A stretch of DNA of 64,000 bases from Eledone cirrhosa (Eukaryota). The stretch is from the NCBI GenBank assembly GCA_964016885.1, contig OZ024742.1:166718001-166782000 (forward strand). The letters run 5' to 3'. The notes under the pieces are model-generated. The model was not told where the DNA came from. It saw nothing but the letters and a program-made list of their open reading frames with translations, and searched no databases. A program made the translations under genes and the position numbers. Positions within the stretch are counted from its first letter, which is position 1. Every line of letters starts with the position of its first letter. Below, piece after piece: positions 52,101-64,000 of the stretch.

Positions 52101-55100
52101 GAGATAATTTCCAGCCGTCCAAGGGGAGATAATTTTCAGCCGTCCAAGGGTAGATAATATCCAGCCGTCCAAGTAGACATTTTCCAGCCGTCCAAGGAGA
52201 GGTAATTTCTAGCCGTCCAAGGGGAGATAAATTCCAGCCTCCAAGGGGAGATAATTTCCAGCCAGCCAAGGGGAGATAATTTGTAAAAAAATCAGGGGGA
52301 GATAATTTGTAAAAAAAATCAGGGGGAGATAATTTGTAAAAAAAAATCAGGGGGAGATAATTTTTAAAAAAAAAATCAGGGGGAGATAATTTGTAAAAAA
52401 AAATCAGGGGGAGATAATTTGTAAAAAAAATCAAGGGGAGATAATTTCCAGCCGTCCAAGGGGAGATAATTTTCAGCCGTCCAAGGGGAGATAATTTCCA
52501 GACGTCCAAGGGGAGATAATTTCCATCCTTCCAAGGGGAGATAATTTCCAGCCTTCCAAGGGGAGATAATTTTCAGCCGTCCAAGGGGAGATAATTTCCC
52601 GCCAGCCAAGGGAAGATAATATTTTAAAAAATCAGGCGGAGATAATTTGTAAAAAAAATCAGGGGGAGATAATTTGTAAAAAAATCAGGGGGAGATAATT
52701 TGTAAAAAAAAAATCAGGGGGAGATAATTTGTAAAAAAAATCAGGGGGAGATAATTTGTAAAAAAAAATCAGGGGTAGATAATTTGTAAAAAAAAATCAG
52801 GGGGAGATAATTTGTAAAAAAAAAATCAGGGGGAGATAATTTGTAAAAAAAATCAAGGGGAGATAATTTCCAGCCGTCCAAGGAGAGATAATTTTTAAAA
52901 AAAATCAGGCGGAGATAATTTGTAAAAAAAAATCAAGGGGAGATAATTTGTAAAAAAAAATCAGGGGGAGATAATTTGTAAAAAAATCAAGGGGAGATAA
53001 TTTCCAGCCGTCCAAGGGAAGATAATTTCCAGCACTCCAAGGGGCTATAATTTCCAGTGTCCAAGGGGAGATAATTTCCAGCCAGCGAAGGGGAGATAAT
53101 TTTTTTTAAAAAATCAGGGGGAGATATGTAAAAAAAATCAGAGGGAGATAATTTCTAAAAAAAATCAAAGGGAGATAATTTCCAGCCGTCCAAAGAGAGA
53201 TAATTTCTAGCCGTCCAAGGGGAGATAATTTCCAGCCAAGGGGAGATAATTTCCAGCCGTCCAAGGGGAGATAATTATTTAAAAAATCAGGTGGAGATAA
53301 TTTGTAAAAAAAATCAGGGGGAGATAATTTGTAAAAACAAAATCAAGGGCAGATAATTTCCAGCTGTCCAAGGGGAGATAATTTCCAGCCGTGCAAGGGG
53401 AGATAATTTCCAGCCGTCCAAGGGGAGATAATTTCCATCCTTCCAAGGGGAGATAATCTCCAGCCGTCCAAGGGGAGATAATTTCCCGCCAGCCAAGGGA
53501 AGATAATTTTTAAAAAAATCAGGCGGAGATTGTAAAAAAAATCAGGGGGAGATAATTTGTAAAAAAATCAGGGGGAGATAATTTGTAAAAAAAAAATCAG
53601 GGGAGATAATTTGTAAAAAAAAATCAGGGGGAGATAATTTGTAAAAAAAAAATCAGGGGGAGATAATTTGTAAAAAAAATCAGGGGTAGATAATTTGTAA
53701 AAAAAAATCAGGGGGAGATAATTTGTAAAAAAAAATCAGTGGGAGATAATTTGTAAAAAAATCAAGGGGAGATAATATGCAGCCGTCCAAGGGGAGATAA
53801 TTTTCAGCCGTCCAAGGAGAGTTAATTTCTAGCCGTCCAAGGGGAGATAATTTCCAGCCGTCCAAGGGGAGATAATTTCCAGCCGTCCAAGGGGAGATAG
53901 TTTTTTTAAAAAAATCAGGCGGAGATAATTTGTAAAAAAAAAATCAGGGGGAGATAATTTGTAAAAAAAAATCAGGGGGAGATAATTTGTAAAAAAAAAT
54001 CAAGGGGAGATAATTTGTAAAAAAAATCAGGGGGAGATAATTAGTAAAAAAATCAAGGGGAGATAATTTCCAGCCGTCCAAGGGGAGGTAATATCTAGCC
54101 GTCCAAGGGGAGATAATTTCCAGCCGTCCAAGGGGAGATAATTTCCAGCCGTCCAAGGGTAGATAATATCCAGCCGTCCAAGTAGACATATTTTCCAGCC
54201 GTCCAAGGAGGGGTAATTTCTAGCCGTCCAAGGGGAGATAAATTCCAGCCTCCAAGGGGAGATAATTTCCAGCAAGCCAAGGGGAGATAATTTGTAAAAA
54301 AATCAGGGGGAGATAATTTGTAAAAAAAATCAGGGGGAGATAATTTGTAAAAAAAAATCAGGGGGAGATAATTTGTAAAAAAAATCAGGGGGAGATAATT
54401 TGTAAAAAAAAATCAGGGGGAGATAATTTGTAAAAAAAAATCAGGGGGAGATAATTTGTAAAAAAAAATCAGGGGGAGATAATTTGTAAAAAAAATCAAG
54501 GGGAGATAATTTCCAGCCGTCCAAGGGGAGATAATTTCCAGCCGTCCAAGGGGAGGTAATATCTAGCCGTCCAAGGGGAGATAATTTCCAGCCGTCCAAG
54601 AGGAGATAATTTCCAGCCGTCCAAGGGAAGATAATTTCAAGCCCTCCAAGGGGCTATAATTTCCAGTGTCCAAGGGGAGATAATTTCCAGCCAGCGAAGG
54701 GGAGATAATTTTTTTTTAAAAATCAGGGGGAGATTTGTAAAAAAAATCAGGGGGAGATAATTTGTAAAAAAAATCAAGGGGAGATAATTTCCAGCCGTCG
54801 AAGGGAAGATAATTTCCAGCCCTCCAAGGGGCTATAATTTCCAGCGTCCAAGGGGAGATAATTTCCAGCCAGCGAAGGGGAGATAATTTTTTTTTAAAAA
54901 TCATTGGGAGATTTGTAAAAAAAATCAGGGAGAGATAATTTGTAAAAAAAATCAAGGGGAGATAATTTCCAGCCGTCCAAGGGGAGGTAATATCTAGCCG
55001 TCCAAGGGGAGATAATTTCCAGCCGTCCAAGGGGAGATAATTTCCAGCCGTCCAAGGGTAGATAATATCCAGCCGTCCAAGTAGACATTTTCCAGCCGTC

Positions 55101-58100
55101 CAAGGAGAGGTAATTTCTAGCCGTCCAAGAGGAGATAAATTCCAGCCTCCAAGGGGAGATAATTTCCAGCCAGCCAAGGGGAGATAATTTGTAAAAAAAT
55201 CAGGGGGAGATAATTTGTAAAAAAAATCAGGGGGAGATAATTTGTAAAAAAAAATCAGGGGGAGATAATTTGTAAAAAAAATCAAGGGGAGATAATTTGC
55301 AGCCGTCCAAGGGGAGATAATTTTCAGCCGTCCAAGGAGAGGTAATTTCTAGCCGTCCAAGGTGAGATAATATCCAGCCGTCCAAGGGGAGATAATTTCC
55401 AGCCGTCCAAGGGGAGATAATTTAAAAAAAAAAACAGGCGAAGATAATTTGTAAAAAAAAAATCAGGGGGAGATAATTTGTAAAAAAAAATCAGGGGGAG
55501 ATAATTTGTAAAAAAAAATCAGAGGGAGGTAATTTGTAAAAAAAATCAAGGGGAGATAATTTCCAGCCGTCCAAGGGAAGATAATTTCCAGCCGTCCAAG
55601 AAGAGATAATTTTAAAAAAAAATCAGGCGGAGATAATTTGTAAAAAAAATCAGGGGGAGATAATTTGTAAAAAAAAATCAGGGGGAGATAATTTGTAAAA
55701 AAAATCAAGGGGAGATAATTTCCAGCCGTCCAAGGGGAGATAATTTTCAGCCGTCCAAGGGGAGATAATTTCCAGCCGTCCAAGGGGAGATAATTTTAAA
55801 AAAAAATCAGGCGGAGATAATTTGTAAAAAAAATCAAGGGGAGATAATTTGCAACCGTCCAAGGGGACATAATTTTCAGTCGTCCAAGGAGAGGTAATTT
55901 CTAGCCGTACAAGGGGAGATAATTTCCAGCCGTCCAAGGGGAGATAATTTCCAGCCGTCCAAGGGGAGACAATTTTTTTTTTAAAATCAGGCGGAGTTAA
56001 TTTGTAAAAAAAAATCAGGGGGAGATAATTTGTAAAAAAAAATCAGGGGGAGATAATTTGTAAAAAAAAATCAGGGGGAGATAATTTGTAAAAAAATCAA
56101 GGGGAGATAATTTCCAGCCGTCCAAGGGAAGATAATTTCCAGCCCTCCAAGGGGCTATAATTTCCAGCGTCCAAGGGGAGATAATTTCCAGCCAGCGAAG
56201 GGGAGATAATTGTTTCAAAAAAATCATTGGGAGATTTGTAAAAAAAATCAGGGGGAGATAATTAATAAAAAAAATCAAGGGGAGATAATTTCCAGCCGTC
56301 CAAGGGGAGGTAATATCTAGCCGTCCAAGGGGAGATAATTTCCAGCCGTCCAAGGGGAGATAATTTCCAGCCGTCCAAGGGTAGATAATATCCAGCCGTC
56401 CAAGGGGACATATTTTCCAGCCGTCCAAGGAGAGGTAATTTCTAGCCGTCCAAGGGGAGATAAATTCCAGCCTCCAAGGGGAGATAATTTCCAGCCAGCC
56501 AAGGGGAGATAATTTGTAAAAAAATCAGGGGGAGATAATTTGTAAAAAAAATCAGGGGTAGATAATTTGTAAAAAAAAATCAGGGGGAGATAATTTGTAA
56601 AAAAAATCAGGGGGAGATAATTTGTAAAAACAAAATCAAGGGCAGATAATTTCCAGCTGTCCAAGGGGAGATAATTTCCAGCCGTGCAAGGGGAGATAAT
56701 TTCCAGCCGTCCAAGGGGAGATAATTTCCATCCTTCCAAGGGGAGATAATCTCCAGCCGTCCAAGGGGAGATAATTTCCCGCCAGCCAAGGGAAGATAAT
56801 TTTTAAAAAAATCAGGCGGAGATTGTAAAAAAAATCAGGGGAGATAATTTGTAAAAAAATCAGGGGGAGATAATTTGTTAAAAAAAAATCAGGGGAGATA
56901 ATTTGTAAAAAAAAATCAGGGGGAGATAATTTGTAAAAAAAAATCAGGGGGAGATAATTTGTAAAAAAAATCAGGGGTAGATAATTTGTAAAAAAAAATC
57001 AGGGGGAGATAATTTGTAAAAAAAAATCAGGGGGAGATAATTTGTAAAAAAATCAAGGGGAGATAATATGCAGCCGTCCAAGGGGAGATAATTTTCAGCC
57101 GTCCAAGGAGAGGTAATTTCTAGCCGTCCAAGGGGAGATAATTTCCAGCCGTCCAAGGTGAGATAATTTCCAGCCGTCCAAGGGGAGATAGTTTTTTTCA
57201 AAAAATCAGGCGGAGATAATTTGTAAAAAAAAAATCAGGGGGAGATAATTTGTAAAAAAAAATCAGGGGGAGATAATTTGTAAAAAAAATCAGGGGGAGA
57301 TAATTTGTAAAAAAAATCAAGGGGAGATAATTTCCAGCCGTCCAAGGGAAGATAATTTCAAGCCCTCCAAGGGGCTATAATTTCCAGTGTCCAAGGGGAG
57401 ATAATTTCCAGCCAGCGAAGGGGAGATCATTTTTTTTTAAAAATCAGGGGGAGATTTGTAAAAAAAATCAGGGGGAGATAATTTGTAAAAAAAATCAAAG
57501 GGAGATAATTTCCAGCCGTCCAAAGAGAGATAATTTCTAGCCGTCCAAGGGGAGATAATTTCGAGCCAAGGGGAGATAATTTCCAGCCGTCCAAGGGGAG
57601 ATAATTTTTTAAAAAATTAGGTGGAGATAATTTGTAAAAAAAATCAGGGGGAGATAATTTGTAAAAACAAAATCAAGGGCAGATAATTTCCAGCTGTCCA
57701 AGGGGAGATAATTTCCAGCCGTGCAAGGGGAGATAATTTCCAGCCGTCCAAGGGGAGATAATTTCCCGCCAGCCAAGAGAAGATAATTTTTTAAAAAATC
57801 AGGCGGAGATTGTAAAAAAAATCAGGGGGAGATAATTTGTAAAAAAATCAGGGGGAGATAATTTGTAAAAAAATCAAGGGGAGATAATTTCCAGCTGTCC
57901 AAGGGGAGGTAATATCTAGCCGTCCAAGGGGAGATAATTTCCAGCCGTCCAAGGGGAGATAATTTCCAGCCGTCCAAGGGTAGATAATATCCAGCCGTCC
58001 AAGGAGACATATTTTCCAGCCGTCCAAGGAGAGGTAATTTCTAGCCGTCCAAGTGGAGATAAATTCCAGCCTCCAAGGGGAGATAATTTCCAGCCAGCCA

Positions 58101-61100
58101 AGGGGAGATAATTTGTAAAAAAATCAGGGGGAGATAATTTGTAAAAAAAATCAGGGGTAGATAATTTGTAAAAAAAAATCAGGGGGAGATAATTTGTAAA
58201 AAGAATCAAGGGGAGATAATTTGCAGCCGTCCAAGGGGAGATAATTTTTAGCCGTCCAAGGAGAGGTAATTTCTAGCCGTCCAAGGTGAGATAATATCCA
58301 GCCGTCCAAGGGGAGATAATTTCCAGCCGTCCAAGAGGAGATAATTTTTTAAAAAAAACAGGCGGAGATAATTTGTAAAAAAAAAATCAGGGTGAGATAA
58401 TTTGTAAAAAAAAATCAGGGGGAGATAATTTGTAAAAAAAAATCAGGGGGAGGTAATTTATAAAAAAAATCAAGGGGAGATAATTTCCAGCCGTCCAAGG
58501 GAAGATAATTTCCAGCCCTCCAAGGGGCTATAATTTCCAGCGTCCAAGGGGAGATAATTTCCAGCCAGCGAAGGGGAGATAATTTTTTTTTTTTTAATCA
58601 GGGGGACATAATTTGTAAAAAAAATAAGGGGGAGATAATTTGTAAAAAAAATCAAGGGGAGATAATTTGTAAAAAAAAATCAGGGGGAGATAATTTGTAA
58701 AAAAAAATCAGGGGGAGATAATTTGTAAAAAAAATCAAGGGGAGATAATTTCCAGCCGTCCAAGGGGAGATAATTTTCAGCCGTCCAAGGGGAGATAATT
58801 TCCCGCCAGCCAAGGGAAGATAATATTTAAAAAAATCAGGCGGAGATAATTTGTAAAAAAAATCAGGGGGAGATAGTTTGTAAAAAAATCAGGGGGAGAT
58901 AATTTGTAAAAAAAAATCAGGGGGAGATTTGTAAAAAAAATCAGGGGGAGATAATTTGTAAAAAAAAATCAGGGGTAGATAATTTGTAAAAAAAAATCAG
59001 GGGTAGATAATTTGTAAAAAAAAATCGGGGAGATAATTTGTAAAAAAAATCAATTGGAGATAATTTCCAGCCGTCCAAGGGGAGATAATTTTCAGCCGTC
59101 CAAGGAGAGGTAATTTCTAGACGTCCAAGGGGAGATAATTTCCAGCCGTCCAATGGGAGATAATTTCCAGCCGTCCAAGGGGAGATAATTTTTTAAAAAA
59201 AATCAGGCGGAGATAATTTGTAAAAAAAATCAAAGGGAGATAATTTCCAGCCGTCCAAAGAGAGATAATTTGCAGCCGTCCAAGGGGAGATAATTTTCAG
59301 TCGTCCAAGGAGAGGTAATTTCTAGCCGTCCAAGGGGAGATAATTTCCAGCCGTCCAAGGGGAGATAATTTCCAGCCGTCCAAGGGGAGATAATTTTTTT
59401 AAAAAAATCAGGCGGAGATAATTTGTAAAACAAATCAGGGGGAGATAATTTGTAAAAAAAAATCAGGGGGAGATAATTTGTAAAAAAAAATCAGGGGGAG
59501 ATAATTTGTAAAAAAAATCAAGGAGAGATAATTTCCAGCCGTCCAAGGGAAGATAATTTCAAGCCCTCCAAGGGGCTATAATTTCCAGTGTCCAAGGGGA
59601 GATAATTTCCAGCCAGCGAAGAGGAGATAATTTTTTTTTTTAAATCAGGGGGAGATTTGTAAAAAAAATCAAGGGGAGACAATTTGTAAAAAAAATCAAA
59701 GGGAGATAATTTCCAGCCGTCCAAAGAGAGATAATTTCTAGCCGTCCAAGGGGAGATAATTTCGAGCCAAGGTGGAGATAATTTCCAGCCGTACAAGGGG
59801 AGATAATTTTTTAAAAAATCAGGTGGAGATAATTTGTAAAAAAAATCAGGGGGAGATAATTTGTAAAAACAAAATCAAGGGCAGATAATTTCCAGCTGTC
59901 CAAGGGGAGATAATTTCCAGCCGTGCAAGGGGAGATAATTTCCAGCCGTCCAAGGGGAGATAATTTCCATCCTTCCAAGGGGAGATAATTTCCAGCCGTC
60001 CAAGGGGAGATAATTACCCGCCAGCCAAGGGAAGATAATTTTTTACAAAATCAGGCGGAGATTGTAAAAAAAATCAGGGGGAGATAATTTGTAAAAAAAT
60101 CAGGGGGAGATAATTTGTAAAAAAATCAAGGGGAGATAATTTCCAGCCGTCCAAGGGGAGGTAATATCTAGCCGTCCAAGGGGAGATAATTTCCAGCCGT
60201 CCAAGGGGAGATAATTTCCAGCCGTCCAAGGGTAGATAATATCCAGCCGTCCAAGGAGACATATTTTCCAGCCGTCCAAGGAGAGGTAATTTCTAGCCGT
60301 CCAAGGGGAGATAAATTCCAGCCTCCAAGGGGACATAATTTCCAGCCAGCCAAGGGGAGATAATTTGTAAAAAAATCAGGGGGAGATAATTTTTAAAAAA
60401 AATCAGGGGGAGATAATTTGTAAAAAAAAATCAGGGGGAGATAATTTGTAAAAAAAATCAGGGGGAGATAATTTGTAAAAAAAATCAAGGGGAGATAATT
60501 TCCAGCCGTCCAAGGGGAGATAATTTTCAGCCGTCCAAGGGGAGATAATTTCCCGCCAGCCAAGGGAAGATAATATTTAAAAAATGAGGCGGAGATAATT
60601 TGTAAAAAAAATCAGGGGGAGATAATTTGTAAAAAAATCAGGGGGAGATAATTTGTAAAAAAAAATCAGGGGGAGATAATTTGTAAAAAAAATCAGGGGG
60701 AGATAATTTGTAAAAAAAATCAGGGGTAGATAATTTGTAAAAAAAAATCAGGGGGAGATAATTTGTAAAAAAAATCAAGGGGAGATAATTTCCAGCCGTC
60801 CAAGGGAAGATAATTTCAAGCCCTCCAAGGGGCTATAATTTCCAGTGTCCAAGGGGAGATAATTTCCAGCCAGCGAAGGGGAGATAATTTTTTTTTAAAA
60901 ATCAGGGGGAGATTTGTAAAAAAAATCAGGGGGAGATAATTTGTAAAAAAAATCAAGGGGAGATAATTTCCAGCCGTCGAAGGGAAGATAATTTCCAGCC
61001 CTCCAAGGGGCTATAATTTCCAGCGTCCAAGGGGAGATAATTTCCAGCCAGCGAAGGGGAGATAATTTTTTAAAAAAAATCATTGGGAGATTTGTAAAAA

Positions 61101-62890
61101 AAATCAGGGAGAGATAATTTGTAAAAAAAATCAAGGGGAGATAATTTCCAGCCGTCCAAGGGGAGGTAATATCTAGCCGTCCAAGGGGAGATAATTTCCA
61201 GCCGTCCAAGGGGAGATAATTTCCAGCCGTCCAAGGGTAGATAATATCCAGCCGTCCAAGTAGACATTTTCCAGCCGTCCAAGGAGAGGTAATTTCTAGC
61301 CGTCCAAGGGAAGATAAATTCCAGCCTCCAAGGGGAGATAATTTCCAGCCAGCCAAGGGGAGATAATTTGTAAAAAAATCAGGGGGAGATAATTTGTAAA
61401 AAAAATCAGGGGGAGATAATTTGTAAAAAAAAATCAGGGGGAGATAATTTGTAAAAAAAAATCAGGGGGAGATAATTTGTAAAAAAAAATCAGGGGGAGA
61501 TAATTTGTAAAAAAAATCAAGGGGAGATAATTTCCAGCCGTCCAAGGGGAGATAATTTTCAGCCGTCCAAGGGGAGATAATTTCCAGCCGTCCAAGGGGA
61601 GATAATTTCCATCCTTCCAAGGGGAGATAATTTCCAGCCTTCCAAGGGGAGATAATTTTCAGCCGTCCAAGGGGAGATAATTTCCCGCCAGCCAAGGGAA
61701 GATAATATTTTAAAAAATCAGCCGGAGATAATTTGTAAAAAAAATCAGGGGGAGATAATTTGTAAAAAAATCAGGGGGAGATAATTTGTAAAAAAAAAAT
61801 CAGGGGGAGATAATTTGTAAAAAAAATCAGGAGGAGATAATTTGTAAAAAAAAATCAGGGGTAGATAATTTGTAAAAAAAAATCAGGGGGAGATAATTTG
61901 TAAAAAAAAAATCAGGGGGAGATAATTTGTAAAAAAAATCAAGGGGAGATAATTTCCAGCCGTCCAAGGAGAGATAATTTTAAAAAAAAATCAGGCGGAG
62001 ATGATTTGTAAAAAAAAATCAAGGGGAGATAATTTGTAAAAAAAAATCAGGGGGAGATAATTTGTAAAAAAAATCAAGGGGAGATAATTTCCAGCCGTCC
62101 AAGGGAAGATAATTTCCAGCACTCCAAGGGGCTATAATTTCCAGTGTCCAAGGGGAGATAATTTCCAGCCAGCGAAGGGGAGATAATTTTTTTAAAAAAA
62201 TCAGGGGGAGATATGTAAAAAAAATCAGAGGGAGATAATTTCTAAAAAAAATCAAAGGGAGATAATTTCCAGCCGTCCAAAGAGAGATAATTTCTAGCCG
62301 TCCAAGGGGAGATAATTTCCAGCCGTCCAAGGGGAGATAATTATTTAAAAAATCAGGTGGACATAATTTGTAAAAAAAATCAGGGGGAGATAATTTGTAA
62401 AAACAAAATCAAGGGCAGATAATTTCCAGCTGTCCAAGGGGAGATAATTTCCAGCCGTGCAAGGGGAGATAATTTCCAGCCGTCCAAGGGGAGATAATTT
62501 CCATCCTTCCAAGGGGAGATAATCTCCAGCCGTCCAAGGGGAGATAATTTCCCGCCAGCAAAGGGAAGATAATTTTTAAAAAAATCAGGCGGAGATTGTA
62601 AAAAAAATCAGGGGGAGATAATTTGTAAAAAAATCAGGGGGAGATAATTTGTAAAAAAAAAATCAGGGGAGATAATTTGTAAAAAAAAATCAGGGGGAGA
62701 TAATTTGTAAAAAAAAATCAGGGGGAGATAATTTGTAAAAAAAATCAGGGGGAGATAATTTGTAAAAAAAAATCAAGGGGAGATAATTTGTAAAAAAAAT
62801 CAGGGGGAGATAATTAGTAAAAAAATCAAGGGGAGATAATTTCCAGCCGTCCAAGGGGAGGTAATATCTAGCCGTCCAAGGGGAGATAAA
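31578..62890 (+). repeat. Macro higher-order repeat, copy 2 (core unit plus a 6420 bp tandem duplication); colinearity with copy 1 ends at ~62890
   Basis: Matching ORF pairs and offsets: 9635/47607 and 11186/49158 (37972), 15590/51149 (35559), 19876/55463 (35587), 24345/56015 (31670), 27847/59518 and 30348/62019 (31671). Confidence 0.88.
41950..55480 (+). repeat. Two copies of a ~7-kb higher-order repeat inside the macro unit (equivalent to ~3930-19890 in copy 1)
   Basis: ORF pairs 42182/49158 (6976), 43900/50875 (6975), 45090/52066 (6976), 47607/54716 (7109); in copy 1, 4161/11186 and 5484/12509 (7025). Markers AAAATTAGGGG, AAAATAAGGGG and CAGTGGG recur at this spacing. Confidence 0.85.
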
Positions 62891-64000
62891 TTCCAGCCTC
62901 CAAGGGGAGATAATTTCCAGCCAGCCAAGGGGAGATAATTTGTAAAAAAATCAGGGGGAGATAATTTGTAAAAAAAATCAGGGGGAGATAATTTGTAAAA
63001 AAAAATCAGGGGGAGATAATTTGTAAAAAAAATCAGGGGGAGATAATTTGTAAAAAAAAATCAGGGGGAGATAATTTGTAAAAAAAAATCAGGGGGAGAT
63101 AATTTGTAAAAAAAAATCAGGGGGAGATAATTTGTAAAAAAAATCAAGGGGAGATAATTTCCAGCCGTCCAAGGGGAGATAATTTCCAGCCGTCCAAGGG
63201 GAGGTAATATCTAGCCGTCCAAGGGGAGATAATTTCCAGCCGTCCAAGAGGAGATAATTTCCAGCCGTCCAAGGGAAGATAATTTCAAGCCCTCCAAGGG
63301 GCTATAATTTCCAGTGTCCAAGGGGAGATAATTTCCAGCCAGCGAAGGGGAGATAATTTTTTTTTAAAAATCAGGGGGAGATTTGTAAAAAAAATCAGGG
63401 GGAGATAATTTGTAAAAAAAATCAAGGGGAGATAATTTCCAGCCGTCGAAGGGAAGATAATTTCCAGCCCTCCAAGGGGCTATAATTTCCAGCGTGCAAG
63501 GGGAGATAATTTCCAGCCAGCGAAGGGGAGATAATTTTTAAAAAAAAATCATTGGGAGATTTGTAAAAAAAATCAGGGAGAGATAATTTGTAAAAAAAAT
63601 CAAGGGGAGATAATTTCCAGCCGTCCAAGGGGAGGTAATATCTAGCCGTCCAAGGGGAGATAATTTCCAGCCGTCCAAGGGGAGATAATTTCCAGCCGTC
63701 CAAGGGTAGATAATATCCAGCCGTCCAAGTAGACATTTTCCAGCCGTCCAAGGAGAGGTAATTTCTAGCCGTCCAAGGGGAGATAAATTCCAGCCTCCAA
63801 GGGGAGATAATTTCCAGCCAGCCAAGGGGAGATAATTTGTAAAAAAATCAGGGGGAGATAATTTGTAAAAAAAATCAGGGGGAGATAATTTGTAAAAAAA
63901 ATCAGGCGGAGATAATTTGTAAAAAAAAATCAGGGGGAGATAATTTGTAAAAAAAAATCAGGGGGAGATAATTTGTAAAAAAAATCAAGGGGAGATAATT

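Larger units (their letters stand above)
1..64000 (+). repeat. Compound tandem satellite array of two related monomers (25-bp type A and 26-29-bp type B), single orientation, running off both window ends
   Basis: The core GGGGAGATAATTT, or a recognisable variant, recurs every ~21-30 bp from base 1 to 64000. I saw no non-repeat insertion and no reverse-complement copy (AAATTATCTCCCC) on the + strand. The ORF track shows the same peptides (GWKLSPLGRLEIISPWTAGNYLPLD; FFYKLSPPD) throughout. Confidence 0.99.

Noticed and set aside
176-63825. The many minus-strand ORFs of 60-198 aa with repetitive peptides (GWKLSPLGRLEIISPWTAGNYLPLD, FFYKLSPPD)
   Set aside because: They are translations of the satellite. 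The reverse complement of monomer A has no stop in any frame and that of B has a stop in only one frame, while the + strand has TAA in nearly every unit. The ORFs overlap in all three frames, mostly begin at alternative starts such as TTG, and are broken by A-tract indels with no frame preservation.
1-64000. CRISPR-like array (constant 16-bp head with variable intervening sequence)
   Set aside because: The intervening segments are only 9-13 bp and of two recurring types, not unique spacers. No leader or cas genes are present in the window.
1-64000. Canonical G-quadruplex array from the G4-5 runs
   Set aside because: The G-runs are separated by ~21-23 nt, far longer than typical G4 loops. Stable folding cannot be supported from sequence alone.
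1-64000. GGAG/GGAGG as Shine-Dalgarno sites and TATAAT (in GGGGCTATAAT) as -10 boxes
   Set aside because: These are incidental sub-motifs of the repeat and its variants. The + strand has no downstream ORFs and there is no evidence of a prokaryotic gene context.
1-64000. Transposon or retroelement insertions, poly(A) tails of SINE/LINE copies, or inversions
   Set aside because: I saw no foreign sequence, terminal repeats, target-site duplications or strand switch. The A-tracts are an integral part of monomer B.
1-64000. Whole window as a synthetic or low-complexity sequencing artefact
   Set aside because: Nested duplications with graded divergence and shared derived variants are what an evolved array looks like. 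Individual duplications, notably the 6420-bp one, still need read support.

Overview
The whole 64 kb window is one uninterrupted, head-to-tail tandem-repeat (satellite) array of roughly 2,400-2,500 monomers. I see no genes, RNA genes, transposons or unique sequence. It is built from two related monomers that share the 16-bp head CA(A/G)GGGGAGATAATTT. Type A is 25 bp (tail CCAGCCGTC, 52% GC, one CpG). Type B is 26-29 bp (tail GT-A7..10-T, ~30% GC). The two alternate in runs of about 2-9 units with stereotyped, direction-specific junctions. Variant monomers form reusable 75-175 bp cassettes, which sit inside nested higher-order repeats: a landmark about every 3 kb, a ~7 kb period and a ~25.25 kb macro-unit. 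Recent 127 bp, ~2.3-2.4 kb, 3.9 kb and 6.42 kb duplications are superimposed. All listed ORFs are minus-strand artefacts of the repeat. I do not recognise the satellite family or the host; eukaryotic heterochromatic, centromeric or subtelomeric DNA is the most likely context (inference). The most unusual signals are the two-state block grammar, a TnAm tract whose boundary slides while total length stays fixed at 14, and two macro-copies that reach ~31.6 kb by different internal duplications. All offsets and counts were read by eye from the sequence and the ORF track, so breakpoints are approximate.
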